A DNA stretch of 64,000 bases from Alphaproteobacteria bacterium. Lineage in GTDB: Bacteria > Pseudomonadota > Alphaproteobacteria > MPNO01 > UBA830. Positions 19,663 through 31,058 of the stretch are shown here, piece by piece (the stretch's first letter is position 1; every line of letters starts with the position of its first letter). Below the pieces are notes generated by a model. It did not search any database and was not told the origin of the DNA. It was given only the letters and a program-made list of their open reading frames with translations. The position numbers and the translations under genes are program-made. The DNA lies in the NCBI GenBank assembly GCA_965243135.1, contig OZ251539.1, forward strand, positions 992,001 through 1,056,000. Direction: 5' to 3'.

Positions 19663-20931
19663 CTACAGTTTGCTGCCCGTCTTCAGGAGGCCGGTGCCGG
19701 GGCACTCCGGCTTTTTGAACGGCGTGGCCACCACTTCGGCCGCTACGGGAGCGTCGGCGTAGCTTGCGGGCAAAGCGACCCTCAGCCGGGTTCCGAGCTC
19801 GGTCAACTCCACCGGAAGCATGGCGAGCGCGATATTGGATTCCTGCGTCGGGGAATACCAGGCCGAAGTGACGTAACCGACCAGTTCGTCGCCTTCGAGC
19901 ACATGATAGAAGTCGGCGGGATACCATGTGATCGGCCGGCCGCCCATGCGCATGCCGGCGAGCTTGTGGGTCACCCCTTCGTCGCGAATCCGCTGCAGCG
20001 CCTCCTTGCCGATAAAGAACTCCTTGCTCAGGTCGACCTGCCAGCCGAGTCCGCATTCGTAGGGGTTCGTTTCCAGATCGATGTCCTGGCCGTAAGACAG
20101 GATGCCGGCCTCGATGCGGCGGTGATGCCCCGGCGCGATCACCCGAAGGCCGTGCGGACGGCCCGCCTCCATAACCGCGTTCCACAGCTTGTCGGCATCC
20201 CGATGCGCGTCGTGGAGATATATCTCGTAGCCCGCTTCGGCCGAGAATCCGGTGCGGGAGATTACGGTGCGGCAGCCGCCGATCTCCGATCTCGTCATGC
20301 CGTAATAGGGTATGTCCGGAATGCGGGGTCCGGCGAGGTCGCGCATTAGCGCCGTGGACTTGGGACCTTGAATCTGCAGCGGAGCCACGTCGATTTCGCG
20401 CACCGTCGCGTCGAAACGGCCGAAGGCGTTGACGCCCTGCAGGTAGAGGCCAACGTCGCTGTCGGCCAGCGAAAACCAGAATTCGTCGTCCGCCGGCCGA
20501 AGCAATACCGGGTCGTTGATGATGCCTCCCTCCGCGTTGCAGAGGATGACGTAGCGGCACTTGCCGGTCTCGCACTTCGCGGCGCGGCGCGTGATCACCG
20601 CGTCGACGAAGCGTTCGGCGTCCGGCCCCTTGACCTGGATCTGGCGTTCGACGGCGACGTTCCACATCGTCACCGCCTGGGTGAGATATTCGTACTCCTT
20701 CATCAGTCCGCCGTCCTCGGGCCTGACGTAGGCGCGGGGATGGTAGACGTGATTGTAGACCGAATGGCACCATGCGCCGGCTTGTTGGCTCAGATGCCAG
20801 AACGGTCCCTTGCGAACGCGGGTGTCGATAAGAATTCTGCTGCCCGCGGCGTCCTGGCCCTCGGGGCCGTTGTCGCCGCTCTGCCGCAGCTGCACGGGGA
20901 TGCGCCGCGGCTTGAGGCGCGAAGCGTCCAT
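19663..20931 (-). CDS. GcvT-family aminomethyltransferase / THF-dependent demethylase (DmdA-related)
   Basis: VYNH, WNVAVERQIQVKGPDA, GGIINDPVLL, SRTGFSAEAGYEIY, RRIEAGILSYG motifs. Confidence 0.88.
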   Translation of the reverse strand: MDASRLKPRRIPVQLRQSGDNGPEGQDAAGSRILIDTRVRKGPFWHLSQQAGAWCHSVYNHVYHPRAYVRPEDGGLMKEYEYLTQAVTMWNVAVERQIQVKGPDAERFVDAVITRRAAKCETGKCRYVILCNAEGGIINDPVLLRPADDEFWFSLADSDVGLYLQGVNAFGRFDATVREIDVAPLQIQGPKSTALMRDLAGPRIPDIPYYGMTRSEIGGCRTVISRTGFSAEAGYEIYLHDAHRDADKLWNAVMEAGRPHGLRVIAPGHHRRIEAGILSYGQDIDLETNPYECGLGWQVDLSKEFFIGKEALQRIRDEGVTHKLAGMRMGGRPITWYPADFYHVLEGDELVGYVTSAWYSPTQESNIALAMLPVELTELGTRLRVALPASYADAPVAAEVVATPFKKPECPGTGLLKTGSKL

Positions 20932-21014
20932 GACCGACCTCCTTTCGGCGATTGTCGCCGGGGGACGATTGGACATTTCCGGGTATTTGGAAAACGAAAA
21001 TAATTGATGTTTCA

Positions 21015-21031
21015 TATCGAATTCTTCGATA
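21015..21031. promoter_or_regulatory. LysR-type recognition box (ATC-N9-GAT, T-N11-A)
   Basis: perfect inverted repeat TATCGAA-TTC-TTCGATA in the divergent intergenic region just upstream of the LysR gene. Confidence 0.7.
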
Positions 21032-21050
21032 GCGAGAGGGATGCGGCCAA

Positions 21051-21902
21051 ATGCAGGTGGACCAGATCAGGACGTTCCTCGAGGTGGCGCGGGTCGGCAG
21101 CTTCCAGCGCGCGGCGGAGATCCTCAACGTCACCCAATCGACGGTCAGCGCCCGCATCAAGGCCTTGGAGGACGAGATGAACCAGGTTCTTTTCCGGCGC
21201 ACCCGGCAGGGCGCCGAGCCGAACCATGCGGGCCAGCGATTCCATCGCTACGCGCTGGTCATCGGACGCGCCTGGGAAAACGCTCGCGCGGAAGCGAAGC
21301 TGCCGCAACGGTTCCGCACGACCTTCGGGATTTCCGCCCAGGTTTCCCTGTGGGAGCGATTGGTTCTCGCATGGCTGCCGTGGATGCGGGAGCAGGCGCC
21401 GGACGTGGCCATCCGCGCCGAGGCGAATCAATCCGACGCCATAATGCGCCGGCTATTCGACGGCCTGCTCGATATCGGCGTTCTTTACGAGCCGCGTCAG
21501 GTGGCGGGTCTCGTGTTCGAACCGCTGTTGCAGGAACGGTTGATTCTCGTCGCCACCGGCGACCGTCGGCAGGACTGGCGCGACGGATACGTTTATGTCG
21601 ATTGGGGCGGCGGCTTCGCGACGGATCACGCCGCGGTCTGGCCGGATTTGGCCACCCCGGCGCTTACCTTCAGCCTCGGCGACATGGGATTGCGGTACAT
21701 TCTCGATCAGGGCGGCGCGGGGTATTTTCCGCTGCGCGTGGTGCGTCCATTGCTGCAGCAAGGCCAGTTGCGCCGGATCCGGGGCGCGCCGGCGATGCAG
21801 CGGTCGGCCTACGTCGTCTATCCGGCGGTCTGGGCGGACGAGGAAGTCCAGCGCCTCGCGCTGCGGGGGCTTAAGGAAGTCGTTCGCCGCGAAGAGGCCT
21901 GA
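21051..21902 (+). CDS. LysR family transcriptional regulator
   Basis: N-terminal HTH FLEVARVGSFQRAAEILNVTQSTVSARIKALE; divergent from the GcvT-family genes. Confidence 0.93.
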   Translation: MQVDQIRTFLEVARVGSFQRAAEILNVTQSTVSARIKALEDEMNQVLFRRTRQGAEPNHAGQRFHRYALVIGRAWENARAEAKLPQRFRTTFGISAQVSLWERLVLAWLPWMREQAPDVAIRAEANQSDAIMRRLFDGLLDIGVLYEPRQVAGLVFEPLLQERLILVATGDRRQDWRDGYVYVDWGGGFATDHAAVWPDLATPALTFSLGDMGLRYILDQGGAGYFPLRVVRPLLQQGQLRRIRGAPAMQRSAYVVYPAVWADEEVQRLALRGLKEVVRREEA

Positions 21903-21908
21903 CTGCGT

Positions 21909-22451
21909 TCAGAGCGCGAAGAAATGTTCGCGGTAATGGCGCAATTCGCCGATGGATTCGCGGATGTCGTCCAGAGCCCGGTGCGCATTCTTCTTCTTGA
22001 AGCCGTCCGCCAGCTGCGGCCTCCAGCGCAGGGCGAGCTCCTTCACGGTGGAGACGTCGACGATCCGGTAGTGAAGGTGGCTTTCCAGAGCCGGCATGTA
22101 GCGCGCCAGGAAACGGCGGTCCTGCCATACCGAATTGCCGCAAAGCGGCGAGGTTCGAGGCGGACAGTGAAGCTCGACGAACGAAAGCGTCGCCGCCTCC
22201 GCCTCCGCCAGGGTGGTCTTGGATTGCCGCACGCGGTCGACGAGGCCGGACGCGGTGTGGTGCTCGACGCACCATTCGTCCATCGCCGCCAGCGCGCGCT
22301 CCCCCTGGCGGATCGCGAGCGCCGGCCCTTCGGCGATCACGGCGAGGTCGGCGTCGGTCACGACCGACGCGATCTCCAGAATGACGTCGGTTTCGACGTT
22401 CAGTCCCGTCATTTCCAGATCGATCCAGACAAGGTTGGTCTGCGGATCCAT
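21909..22451 (-). CDS. orn: oligoribonuclease
   Basis: [48 protein letters not shown]. Confidence 0.95.
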   Translation of the reverse strand: MDPQTNLVWIDLEMTGLNVETDVILEIASVVTDADLAVIAEGPALAIRQGERALAAMDEWCVEHHTASGLVDRVRQSKTTLAEAEAATLSFVELHCPPRTSPLCGNSVWQDRRFLARYMPALESHLHYRIVDVSTVKELALRWRPQLADGFKKKNAHRALDDIRESIGELRHYREHFFAL

Positions 22452-22507
22452 GCGATTGCTCCCGGTGGACAGGCGGGGCGCAGAATATCGCGCGAGGCCG
22501 GCTTTCG

Positions 22508-23161
22508 TCATGCGCCCGGCGTGGCGTTCGCGCCATGCTGTCGGCTGCCGTCCGCCCGGCGCCCCGTTCCGGCCTTCCGCGGCGGGCCGCCGGGCGGGGG
22601 AGCCGCTTCCTCCGCCAGCCCGTGCTCCTTTCCGGCGTCGATGATCAAGTCGTACAGATATTCCGCGACGGACCGGCGAACGAGCAACCGCAGCCCGGAA
22701 CTCGTGCGCGCCAGCACCGCCTCGATCCGGCCGAACAGGGAACCCGCCGCGCTGCCGTCCGGAAACTTCCGTTCGTGCAGATCGAGGGTGGTCAGCCTGG
22801 AAAGGACGTCGCCGGCGGCGGAACCCGACAGCGCGACCGCCGTATATTGATCGCTCACGTCGACGAGCTGGTGCGAGGTCGCGTCGAGTTTTCGCCGCAG
22901 GGCGTCCGCGAGCGCGGTTTCTTCGCCCGGCGGGCAAAGCAGGAACCACTCTTCGGGGCCGCGCCACAGGATCTCGACCCGGCCGTCGGCGGCGATCCGG
23001 CCGGCTTCGGGCAACGGCAGGCCCGTCGCCTTCCGCAGGGCCGCCGCGTCTCCTTGCAGGATCAGCTTTCCCGTGAACGGCGTTTCGGAAACGCGAAGCG
23101 CGCCGCCGGGCGCCGCGGCGGCCCGGCGATGGCCAAGAGGCGAGCGGCGGCCGGTCGTCAC
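22508..23161 (-). CDS. soxG: sarcosine oxidase subunit gamma
   Basis: [28 protein letters not shown]; GTG start overlapping the soxA stop. Confidence 0.82.
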   Translation of the reverse strand: MTTGRRSPLGHRRAAAAPGGALRVSETPFTGKLILQGDAAALRKATGLPLPEAGRIAADGRVEILWRGPEEWFLLCPPGEETALADALRRKLDATSHQLVDVSDQYTAVALSGSAAGDVLSRLTTLDLHERKFPDGSAAGSLFGRIEAVLARTSSGLRLLVRRSVAEYLYDLIIDAGKEHGLAEEAAPPPGGPPRKAGTGRRADGSRQHGANATPGA

Positions 23162-26106
23162 AGGAAATTCGTCTCGCAGACGGTGACGGGCGCCGGATTC
23201 TTTCCGGGCCGCGCGACGTAGAGGCGGTCTCCCATGCGGTCGCCGCCGGCGGCGACCAAAGCCATGGCGATCGAGCGCCCGAGATTGGGGCTGAAATAAC
23301 TCGAGGTGACGTGTCCCAGCGTCGGCACGGGCGGCGCCGGCTCGGCCGCGGTCGCGATTACGTGCGCGCCCTCCGCCGGAACGGTCTCGGGATCCTGCGG
23401 AAGAAGGCCGACGAGTTGCTTGCGGTCGGGCCGTTTCATGTCCTCCCTGAACAAGGATCGGCGGCCGATGAACTCCCCCTTGTCGAGATCGACCATGCGG
23501 TCCATGCGCAGGTCGAACGGCGTCACCGTGCCGTCTGTGTCCTGTCCGACGATTATGAAACCCTTCTCGGCCCGCAGCAGATGCATCGCGTCCGTGCCGT
23601 AGGGCGTGATGCCGAAGCGCTCGCCGGCCTCCATCGCGCGCTCCCAGAGCCAGTGCCCCCAAGAGGCGGGAACGTTGAGCTCGAACGACAGTTCGCCGGT
23701 GAAGGAAATGCGGAAGACGCGCGCCGGAACGCCGTCGATGCGGGCCGGGCGCCAGGTCATGAACGGAAGCGCAGCGTCCGGAAGGTCCTCGATCAGTTCC
23801 GCCGCCAGCGCGGCCGATAGCGGTCCGCACAACGCTACCACCGCCCACTGTTCGGTGACGCCGGTCAGAAAAACGTCGAGCTCTGGCCACTCGGTCTGCC
23901 GGCACTCCTCCAGCCATGCCAGCACGCGGGCGGCGCCGCCCGTGGTCGTGGTCATGTGAAAGTGGTCGTCCGCGATGCAGGCGGTGACGCCGTCGTCCAT
24001 GACCATGCCGTCCTCGCCCAGCATGAGGCCGTACTTGCAATGACCGGGGGCGAGTTTCGACCAGGAGTTGGTGTAGACGCGGTCGAGAAAGGCGCGGGCG
24101 CCGCTCCCGCGAAGGTCTATCTTGCCCAGCGTCGAGGCGTCCAGCGCGGCGACGCCCGTGCGCGCCGCCAGACTCTCGCGCTGGACGGCCTCCGCGACGC
24201 TCTCGCCCGGGCGCGGATAGGCGCGCGGACGCAGCCAGTCGCCGACAGGCTCGAACGCAGCGCCGCGTTCCGCGTGCCAGCGGTGAATCGGCGTGGTCCT
24301 CCGAGGCTGGAAAAGCGGGCCGACACGCCGCCCGGCGATGGCGCCGAAGGTCACCGGCTTCCAGGGCGGACGGTACGTCGTGGTCCGCGGCAGCGGTTGA
24401 CCGGTCGCTTCGGCGACGGCGGCAAAGACGTTCAGGCCGGAAGTCTTTCCCTGGTCGGTTCCCATGCCGGCGGTCGTGTAGCGTTTGACGTGCTCCACCG
24501 ACCGGTAACCTTCCGCCACGGCCATTCGCAGGTCGGCGGAGGTGACGTCGTTGTGCAGGTCGACGAACGCTCGCCGGTGCGGCCGCGCGTCCTGCGGTTC
24601 CCAAGGGCCCGCGCTCGCGCCATCGTCCGCGCGCGTCGCGGACGCCGGAAGATCTCCGGTCGGGTTCGTTGCGGCGCGACCCGCCTCGGCCCCTTCCCGC
24701 ACGGCGTCCGCCAGTTCGAAAGTGCCGTTGGCGGCGCCGACGGAGCATTCGTCTTGCCGGGATCGGCCGGGGCGGAAGGCGCCGATCGCGGGGTCGTAGC
24801 GCAGTTCGCCCCGGGATTGGGCGAAGAGCGCCGCATTGGGCGCGAAAAGCGCCGATACCGCGAGCAGATCGCATTCGATCGTGCGTTGCCCGCCGCCGCG
24901 CAGCGGACGCAGCGCGGCTTTCGCGATCCGGCGTCGGCCGCGGGTGCCGGTCACCGCATGGGCGGGAAAGACGGGGATGCCGCGTTTTTCGGCCTCCGTC
25001 ATCCGCGCGTCGGGCGGCGTTCCGCGCGGGTCGGCGATGCCGACGACTTCGGCGCCCGCGTCCTGCAGGTCGAAAGCGGCGTCCCAGGCCCAATCGTTGG
25101 CCCCGAAAATCAGCGCGCGGCGTCCCGGCAGCACGGCGAAGCGGTGCAGATAGCTGCGGACCGCGCTCGCGAGCATGATTCCCGGGCGGTCGTTCTGGGG
25201 GAACACCGGCGGCTGCTCGACGGCGCCGGCGGCCAGCACCACCCGGGCGGCGCGCACCCGCCACAGGCGCTGCCGCGGAAGCCGTTCCGGACGTTCGCTC
25301 GGCGTCAGGTGGTCGGCGACCTTCTGGCACAGTCCGACGAAGTTGTCGGCGTAATATCCGAACGCGCTGGTGCGCGTGAGGACGGTGACGTCGGGCCGGC
25401 GCTCGAGATCCGCCCGGACCGATGCGATCCAGTCGGCGGCGGGGCGCCCCTCCACGTCGGCGGCGGGCAGCGACAGGAGACGTCCGCCAAGCTGGGGAGT
25501 CTCCTCGGCCAGGATCACGCGAATTCCTCCGCGGGCCGCGGCCTGCGCCGCCGCGAGGCCCGCCGGGCCGCCTCCGACGACCAGCAGTTCGCAGTGCCGG
25601 TTGACGTGTTCGTAGCGCTCCGGGTCGCGGTCGCGCGGCGCTGCGCCGAGGCCCGCCATGCGGCGAATCGCGCCCTCGAACCGCATCCAGTTTCCGGGCG
25701 GCCCCATGAAGGTCTTGTAATAGAAGCCCGCGGGCAGCATGAACGACAACGCGTCGGCCGCGGCGGCCAGATCCAGGCGCAGCGACGGCCAGCAATTCTG
25801 CGGCCGCGCCTCCAGCCCAGCGTAGAGTTCCTGTTCCGTGACGGGCGTGTTGGGCGCCGTCCACTGGCTGCCGGGATGCATCTGCACCAGCGCCGCTGGA
25901 TCCTCCGCGCCGGCGCCGAAGATGCCGCGCGGCCGGTGGTACTTGAAGCTGCGGGCGACCATGTGCCGACCGTTCGCAAGCAAGGCCGAAGCCAGCGTGT
26001 CCCCGGCGTAGCCCCGGTAAGCGCGGCCGTCGAAGCGGAATTCCAGAGGGCGGTCGCGATCGATCGCGTTGCCGCCCGTCGGCTTGCGCCAGTCCTGCCC
26101 GTTCAT
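23158..26106 (-). CDS. soxA: sarcosine oxidase subunit alpha
   Basis: [43 protein letters not shown] and GcvT-like C-terminus. Confidence 0.95.
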   Translation of the reverse strand: MNGQDWRKPTGGNAIDRDRPLEFRFDGRAYRGYAGDTLASALLANGRHMVARSFKYHRPRGIFGAGAEDPAALVQMHPGSQWTAPNTPVTEQELYAGLEARPQNCWPSLRLDLAAAADALSFMLPAGFYYKTFMGPPGNWMRFEGAIRRMAGLGAAPRDRDPERYEHVNRHCELLVVGGGPAGLAAAQAAARGGIRVILAEETPQLGGRLLSLPAADVEGRPAADWIASVRADLERRPDVTVLTRTSAFGYYADNFVGLCQKVADHLTPSERPERLPRQRLWRVRAARVVLAAGAVEQPPVFPQNDRPGIMLASAVRSYLHRFAVLPGRRALIFGANDWAWDAAFDLQDAGAEVVGIADPRGTPPDARMTEAEKRGIPVFPAHAVTGTRGRRRIAKAALRPLRGGGQRTIECDLLAVSALFAPNAALFAQSRGELRYDPAIGAFRPGRSRQDECSVGAANGTFELADAVREGAEAGRAATNPTGDLPASATRADDGASAGPWEPQDARPHRRAFVDLHNDVTSADLRMAVAEGYRSVEHVKRYTTAGMGTDQGKTSGLNVFAAVAEATGQPLPRTTTYRPPWKPVTFGAIAGRRVGPLFQPRRTTPIHRWHAERGAAFEPVGDWLRPRAYPRPGESVAEAVQRESLAARTGVAALDASTLGKIDLRGSGARAFLDRVYTNSWSKLAPGHCKYGLMLGEDGMVMDDGVTACIADDHFHMTTTTGGAARVLAWLEECRQTEWPELDVFLTGVTEQWAVVALCGPLSAALAAELIEDLPDAALPFMTWRPARIDGVPARVFRISFTGELSFELNVPASWGHWLWERAMEAGERFGITPYGTDAMHLLRAEKGFIIVGQDTDGTVTPFDLRMDRMVDLDKGEFIGRRSLFREDMKRPDRKQLVGLLPQDPETVPAEGAHVIATAAEPAPPVPTLGHVTSSYFSPNLGRSIAMALVAAGGDRMGDRLYVARPGKNPAPVTVCETNFL

Positions 26107-26414
26107 GCCGGTCGCCCGTCGGCGGACGTTCCGGCCCCTTCGGCGGAGGGGACGGTTTCCCCCGGCTTGCGCGCGCCGATGACGCGGTCGTCGGTGGTGT
26201 CGCGCACGAGTTCGAACCAGCGTCCGCAACCGGCGGAGTGAACCCACCGTTCCGCGAACGGACCCTTGGGATTGGAGCGCATGAACAGATAGTCCGCCCA
26301 TTCGTCGTCGCCGAGGCCTCGGCTGTCGACCGGGCGCGCGATATGAGCCTCGCCTCCCCAGGAGAACTCCGACTGGTCTCGCGGGCCGCACCAGGGGCAG
26401 GGGATGAGAAGCAT
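26103..26414 (-). CDS. soxD: sarcosine oxidase subunit delta
   Basis: IPCPWCGPR..EF and WVHSAGC..WF...RDT zinc motifs. Confidence 0.95.
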   Translation of the reverse strand: MLLIPCPWCGPRDQSEFSWGGEAHIARPVDSRGLGDDEWADYLFMRSNPKGPFAERWVHSAGCGRWFELVRDTTDDRVIGARKPGETVPSAEGAGTSADGRPA

Positions 26415-26417
26415 CGC

Positions 26418-27668
26418 TCAGTGCGCCACGGCGGCGGCGCCGTGTTCGGCGACCAGAGCGCCGCTCGAAAAGCGTTCGAGCGAGAACGGCGCCGCCAGCG
26501 GATGCGGTTCGTCGCGCGCGATCGTCCAGGCGAATACGTGGCCCGAGCCGGGCGTCGCCTTCCAGCCGCCGGTGCCCCAGCCGCCGTTGACGTAGAAGCC
26601 CTCGATCGGCGTGAGGGAAACGATCGGACTGGCGTCGGGGCAGATGTCGACGATGCCGGCCCAGTGCCGCAGCATGCGCAGGCGGGACAGGATCGGAAAC
26701 AGCTCTAGGAGCGCCGCCACCTGATCCTCGATGACGGCGAAGCCGCCGCGCTGGCTGTAGGAAATATGCGGATCGATGCCGCCGCCGATCACGAGTTCGC
26801 CCTTGTCCGACTGGCTGCAATAGACATGGACCGCGTTCGACATGACGACGCACGGGTTGATCGGCTTGACCGGTTCGGAGACCAGCGCCTGCAGCGGGTG
26901 GCTCTCGATCGGCAGCCGCAGCCCCGCCATGGCCGCGATCACGCTGGTATGGCCGGCGGCGACGCTGGCGACCTTGGGGGTCCGGATCGTCCCGCGGGTG
27001 GTTTCGACGCCGGCGACGGCTCCGGCCTCGACGCGGATCCCGGTGACCTCGCAGTTCTGCACGATGTCGACGCCCAGGGCGTCGGCCTTGCGGGCGAAAC
27101 CCCAGACCACGGCGTCGTGCCGGTTGATTCCGCCGCTACGCTGCAGGGTGGCGCCGAGCACCGGGTAGCGGGCGCCGGCGGAGGTATCGAGGATGGGGCA
27201 GAACTCTTTCGCCTGTTGCGGGTCCAGCCATTCCGCATCCACTCCGTTCAGCCGGTTGGCCTCCACGCGGCGCCTGAGCTCGCGCGCCTCGTGGTCGTCG
27301 TGCGCCAGATTCAGCACGCCGCGGTGGCTCATCATGATGTTGTAGTTGAGTTCCCGGCCCAGCCCTCGCCACAGGTCGAGAGCGTGGTCGTAGATCGCGG
27401 CGCTGGCGTCGAAAAGATAGTTGGACCGGATGATCGTGGTGTTGCGTCCGGAATTGCCGCCGCCGATCCAGCCCTTTTCGAGCACGGCGATGTCGCGCAT
27501 TCCGTGTTCCCGGGCCAGGTAGTAGGCGGTGGCGAGACCGTGGCCGCCGCCCCCGATGATTACGGCGTCGTAAGCGGGTTTCGGGTCGGGATGGCGCCAG
27601 ACCTGCGGCCAGTCGCGGTGACCGGTCAACCCGTGGCGCAACAGCGACAGCCACGAATATTTCTTCAT
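26418..27668 (-). CDS. soxB: sarcosine oxidase subunit beta
   Basis: [42 protein letters not shown]-terminal AAAVAH. Confidence 0.96.
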   Translation of the reverse strand: MKKYSWLSLLRHGLTGHRDWPQVWRHPDPKPAYDAVIIGGGGHGLATAYYLAREHGMRDIAVLEKGWIGGGNSGRNTTIIRSNYLFDASAAIYDHALDLWRGLGRELNYNIMMSHRGVLNLAHDDHEARELRRRVEANRLNGVDAEWLDPQQAKEFCPILDTSAGARYPVLGATLQRSGGINRHDAVVWGFARKADALGVDIVQNCEVTGIRVEAGAVAGVETTRGTIRTPKVASVAAGHTSVIAAMAGLRLPIESHPLQALVSEPVKPINPCVVMSNAVHVYCSQSDKGELVIGGGIDPHISYSQRGGFAVIEDQVAALLELFPILSRLRMLRHWAGIVDICPDASPIVSLTPIEGFYVNGGWGTGGWKATPGSGHVFAWTIARDEPHPLAAPFSLERFSSGALVAEHGAAAVAH

Positions 27669-27801
27669 CCTCGGCCCCGCTTCGATCGAGAAGGTGATGA
27701 TGCCATTTTCGGCTTCCTCCGGCCGCGGAACGCGCGCTTCGGGCGCGGTCCGCCGGGCCGTCTCGCGCCGCGGGAAATCCGCCGCCCGCCGCGGGCCGGC
27801 G

Positions 27802-28224
27802 TCAGACGACGGCGACGGCGTTGACTTCGATCAGGCAGCGCGGGTCGGTGGCGAGCCGGACCACCTGGACCGTCGTCGTCGCGGGTTTCGCGTCGCCGAA
27901 GAATTCGGCCCAGACCTCGTTCATCGCGTCCTGGTCCGCGAGGTCCGTCACGAAGCGCGTCGCGGTGACGACGTCGGAAAACGCGGCCCCCGCGGCTTCG
28001 AGGCCCCGCTGCAGGTTGAGCAGCGCCGCCCGGGTCTGGCCGCGCATGTCGTCCGGCATCGAATCGAACTCTTCCGGCCGATGCGGATGATGGTGATAGA
28101 CCGGAGCGGCCGTCACCCCGGCGAGATGCACGGTCGTTCCGCCCGCGACCTTTATCGCCGGCGCGTAGGGCATCCACATGTCCGGCGCGCCGGGCCAGTG
28201 AACGTGCTCGACTGTCTTGTTCAT
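27802..28224 (-). CDS. RidA/YjgF/UK114 family protein
   Basis: [33 protein letters not shown] motifs. Confidence 0.88.
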   Translation of the reverse strand: MNKTVEHVHWPGAPDMWMPYAPAIKVAGGTTVHLAGVTAAPVYHHHPHRPEEFDSMPDDMRGQTRAALLNLQRGLEAAGAAFSDVVTATRFVTDLADQDAMNEVWAEFFGDAKPATTTVQVVRLATDPRCLIEVNAVAVV

Positions 28225-29492
28225 GTCGCCGCCTCCCTTCCGGGCTTCCGGGCGACCGCCTTCGAGCGGGGCGTTCGATGCGCCTCGGCGTAATGCAGCC
28301 GGAGCAGATCGACGCCGTAATCGTTGCCGTTCGGCGTTCGCACGATAGTGTGGACATGGAACTTCGCCGGCTCCCGGTTGGTGAGGAAAACGCCCGAATG
28401 GTGGTCGAACTCGATGAAGATCACCGGGCTTTGAATCCGGTAGTAGAACGGACTTTCCTCTTCGAGGCCGCCGATCCAGCAGAAATGCGTTTCGTCGAGA
28501 CGGCGTTCGACCTGTTCGATCCGCGCCGCCAGCGGACCCGGCGGCAACGGAGCGAGGTAGGTCGCGACCAGGTCGACAAGATCGCGTTTTTCGGTCGCTG
28601 ACATGCGCGTCCCGGGCAGGCCTTCGTAGGGAACGACGCGGTTGTCGCGGGCGGTGCCGCCGAGATGGAGATGGTCGGCGAAATGCCAGCGTCCCTCCGG
28701 CAGGTCTCCGCCCTTCATGGAGCGCGACACGGTCGCCCGGCGGCGCTTTTCGGCCGAAAGCGAGCGCATCAGGGCGAGGCCGGCGCGCTCCTCGTCCTCG
28801 AACGCGGAGACGCCGGCGAACGGCCCGCTGTCGGCGCGGGTCGCCTCGGCGCCGAGGAAGCTCGGCGTCAGCGTCATCTGTCCGCCGATCACGAAGCAGT
28901 TCAGGCTCAAATGGTGGCCGAACAACTGCCATCCCCACGGCTCCGAAAGCGACGGCTCGCCGAACAGGCTGAACGTGTAGCTCCACTCGCCGAGCACCTC
29001 GGGACATTCGACGAGATCGCCGAGAAAGCGGTTGAGCCGCATCACGTTTCTCGAAACCTCGTAACCTTTCTCGCTCAGACTGGCCCGCACCACCTCCATG
29101 ACCGCTTCGCGGACGCCGGGCCGGACGTCGTCGAGGCGGATCCCGTGCTCCTCGACATGGAGCTCCGTGTTCTGCCACCGCCGCCACAAATCGGAATCGA
29201 CGGGAAAGGCGGCGGCGGCGCGAAGGCCGGGCGGCAGCGTCGCCAGCAGGGCGGCGGCGGCTTCGACCATCGTTCGGGTCGGCGCGCCCTCCGGGCGCAG
29301 CGAGAACAGGCCGGGTTCCACGGCGCCGTCGGTCGTTATTCCGCGGAACGGCTCTTTCATCAGTTCTTCCCATTCCGCGAACAATTTCGGCGCGCGCGGC
29401 CCCTGCATGTGCGCCTTGGCGTGCTCGCGGGCCGTCCTGCCCGCGACCCGCGATTCGGAGGGGGAGGGAACGTGGGGGCGGTATTGGCTCAT
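28221..29492 (-). CDS. DUF3500 family protein
   Basis: FGEPS...PWGWQLFGHHLSLN, TPSFLGAE, YYRIQSPVIFIEFDH, HVHTIVRTPNGNDYG. Confidence 0.85.
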   Translation of the reverse strand: MSQYRPHVPSPSESRVAGRTAREHAKAHMQGPRAPKLFAEWEELMKEPFRGITTDGAVEPGLFSLRPEGAPTRTMVEAAAALLATLPPGLRAAAAFPVDSDLWRRWQNTELHVEEHGIRLDDVRPGVREAVMEVVRASLSEKGYEVSRNVMRLNRFLGDLVECPEVLGEWSYTFSLFGEPSLSEPWGWQLFGHHLSLNCFVIGGQMTLTPSFLGAEATRADSGPFAGVSAFEDEERAGLALMRSLSAEKRRRATVSRSMKGGDLPEGRWHFADHLHLGGTARDNRVVPYEGLPGTRMSATEKRDLVDLVATYLAPLPPGPLAARIEQVERRLDETHFCWIGGLEEESPFYYRIQSPVIFIEFDHHSGVFLTNREPAKFHVHTIVRTPNGNDYGVDLLRLHYAEAHRTPRSKAVARKPGREAAT

Positions 29493-30379
29493 GTCTTCTC
29501 TCCGCCGAACCATTTGACGGCCGTGACCGCGGCGAGGACGATCGCCGCGCCGAGGAGCTGCCGCGCCGTCAGGACCTGTGCGAGCAAGACGAAGCCGAGA
29601 GCGATGGTGGCGACCGGCTCCAGGTTCATGACGAGCGAGGCCCTTACGCCGCCGATCTTCGAGATGGCGGCGAAGAAGCACGCGACCGCGATGGTATAGA
29701 AGACGGCGACGGCGAGAAAGCCCGTCCATCCCCGGGCGGTTTCCGGCAGGACGAACTCTCCCGCGGCCAGCGAGAGCGCGATGAACATGACGGACGCGGA
29801 AACGTGCATGTGGACCGTGACGGCCAGGGAATTGCCGGCTTCGAGGACGCGGGCGCTCACAAGGATGACGGTCGCCATGAAGATCGACGCGGCGGCGGCG
29901 AGCGCCAGGCCCGGGCCCGAGCCGCCGGGGCCGGCGAACTCCAGCGCCAGCGCCAGTCCCGCGAACCCGCCGGCGAGACCGACGATCAGCCCTCGGCTCA
30001 ATTTTTCTTGGCCGATCGCCCACGCGCCGAGACCCGTGACGATCGGGTAGAGATAGAAGATCAGGACGGCGAGGCCGACCGCGATGAGGTCGAACGCCGA
30101 CATCAGGCAGTACGCGACGCCCCCGGTGAGGATGCCGATTCCCATGGCGGTCCACCGTTCGCGCCGGGGAAGGACGATCTTTCCGCGGCTGGCCTTCACC
30201 AGCAGGGTCAGCGCCGCGAGCGCGACGACGTTGCGGACCGTGACCGTGGTGAGGGGAGTCGCGCCGCCGTCGAAGGCCAGGACGGCGAAGGCGTTGTTGC
30301 AGGCGAAAGCGACCGCCGAGGCCACGACGATCGCGTAGCCGGCGACGGCGGGAGAGAACGACGGCACCCGGTCAGACAA
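29489..30379 (-). CDS. DMT/EamA family transporter
   Basis: about 10 TM helices in two EamA repeats; NLEPV motif. Confidence 0.88.
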   Translation of the reverse strand: MSDRVPSFSPAVAGYAIVVASAVAFACNNAFAVLAFDGGATPLTTVTVRNVVALAALTLLVKASRGKIVLPRRERWTAMGIGILTGGVAYCLMSAFDLIAVGLAVLIFYLYPIVTGLGAWAIGQEKLSRGLIVGLAGGFAGLALALEFAGPGGSGPGLALAAAASIFMATVILVSARVLEAGNSLAVTVHMHVSASVMFIALSLAAGEFVLPETARGWTGFLAVAVFYTIAVACFFAAISKIGGVRASLVMNLEPVATIALGFVLLAQVLTARQLLGAAIVLAAVTAVKWFGGEKT

Positions 30380-31058
30380 TCTCGATTCGAAGACGCCCTA
30401 TGCCCTCGATCCGTCCTTCGAGAAGGTCTCCGCGCGAGACGGGCGCGGGGCCTTTCGGCGTTCCCGCATAAACGATGTCGCCGGGCTCCAGGCGGCTGTA
30501 GGCCGACAGCCGCGCGACGATCTCCGCCGGCCCCCAAATCATTTGCGAGATGTCGCCGCGCTGGCGCCGCCGGCCGTTCACCGTCATGGCGATTTCGCCT
30601 CGCGCGGGATGGCCGATTTCCGAGGCCGGGCGGATGGCGCTCACCGGCGAGGCGCCGTCGAAGCTCTTGCACAGGTCCCAGGAATGGCGGTTGGCGATGC
30701 ATTCGCGCATGACGTCGCGGCGAATGAGGTCGAAGCCCACGGCGTATCCGAAGACGTGGTCGGGCGCCCGGTTCGCGGGGACGTTCGCGCCGCCCTTGCC
30801 GATCGCGATCACCAATTCGATTTCGGGGTCGAGCTCCGAGGTCGCGGGCGGGTAGGGCACGTTCGAATCGCCCGGAACGATCGAATCCGCCGGCTTCAGG
30901 GATATTCCGGGCGTCGCGTCGCCCGCGTCGAGTCCCGTCTCGGCCGCATGGTCGGCGTAGTTGCGTCCGATCGCGTAGATCCTGCGCACCGGGAACGAGG
31001 CGTCGGAGCCGGCGACGGGAACGGCCGGGCGCGGCCACTCGGGAACTGCCCAGGTCAT
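30372..31058 (-). CDS. fumarylacetoacetate hydrolase family protein
   Basis: IYAIGRNYADHAAE, EIELVIAIG, KSFD, LEPGDIVYAGTP motifs. Confidence 0.9.
   Translation of the reverse strand: MTWAVPEWPRPAVPVAGSDASFPVRRIYAIGRNYADHAAETGLDAGDATPGISLKPADSIVPGDSNVPYPPATSELDPEIELVIAIGKGGANVPANRAPDHVFGYAVGFDLIRRDVMRECIANRHSWDLCKSFDGASPVSAIRPASEIGHPARGEIAMTVNGRRRQRGDISQMIWGPAEIVARLSAYSRLEPGDIVYAGTPKGPAPVSRGDLLEGRIEGIGRLRIEIV

Noticed and set aside
17183-21202. Apparent 1339-aa protein, and similar over-long ORFs 22508..25864, 23158..26853 and 31055..33862
   Set aside because: The N-terminal parts are Arg-rich off-frame read-through of neighbouring genes; real starts are at 19618, 23161, 26106 and 33016
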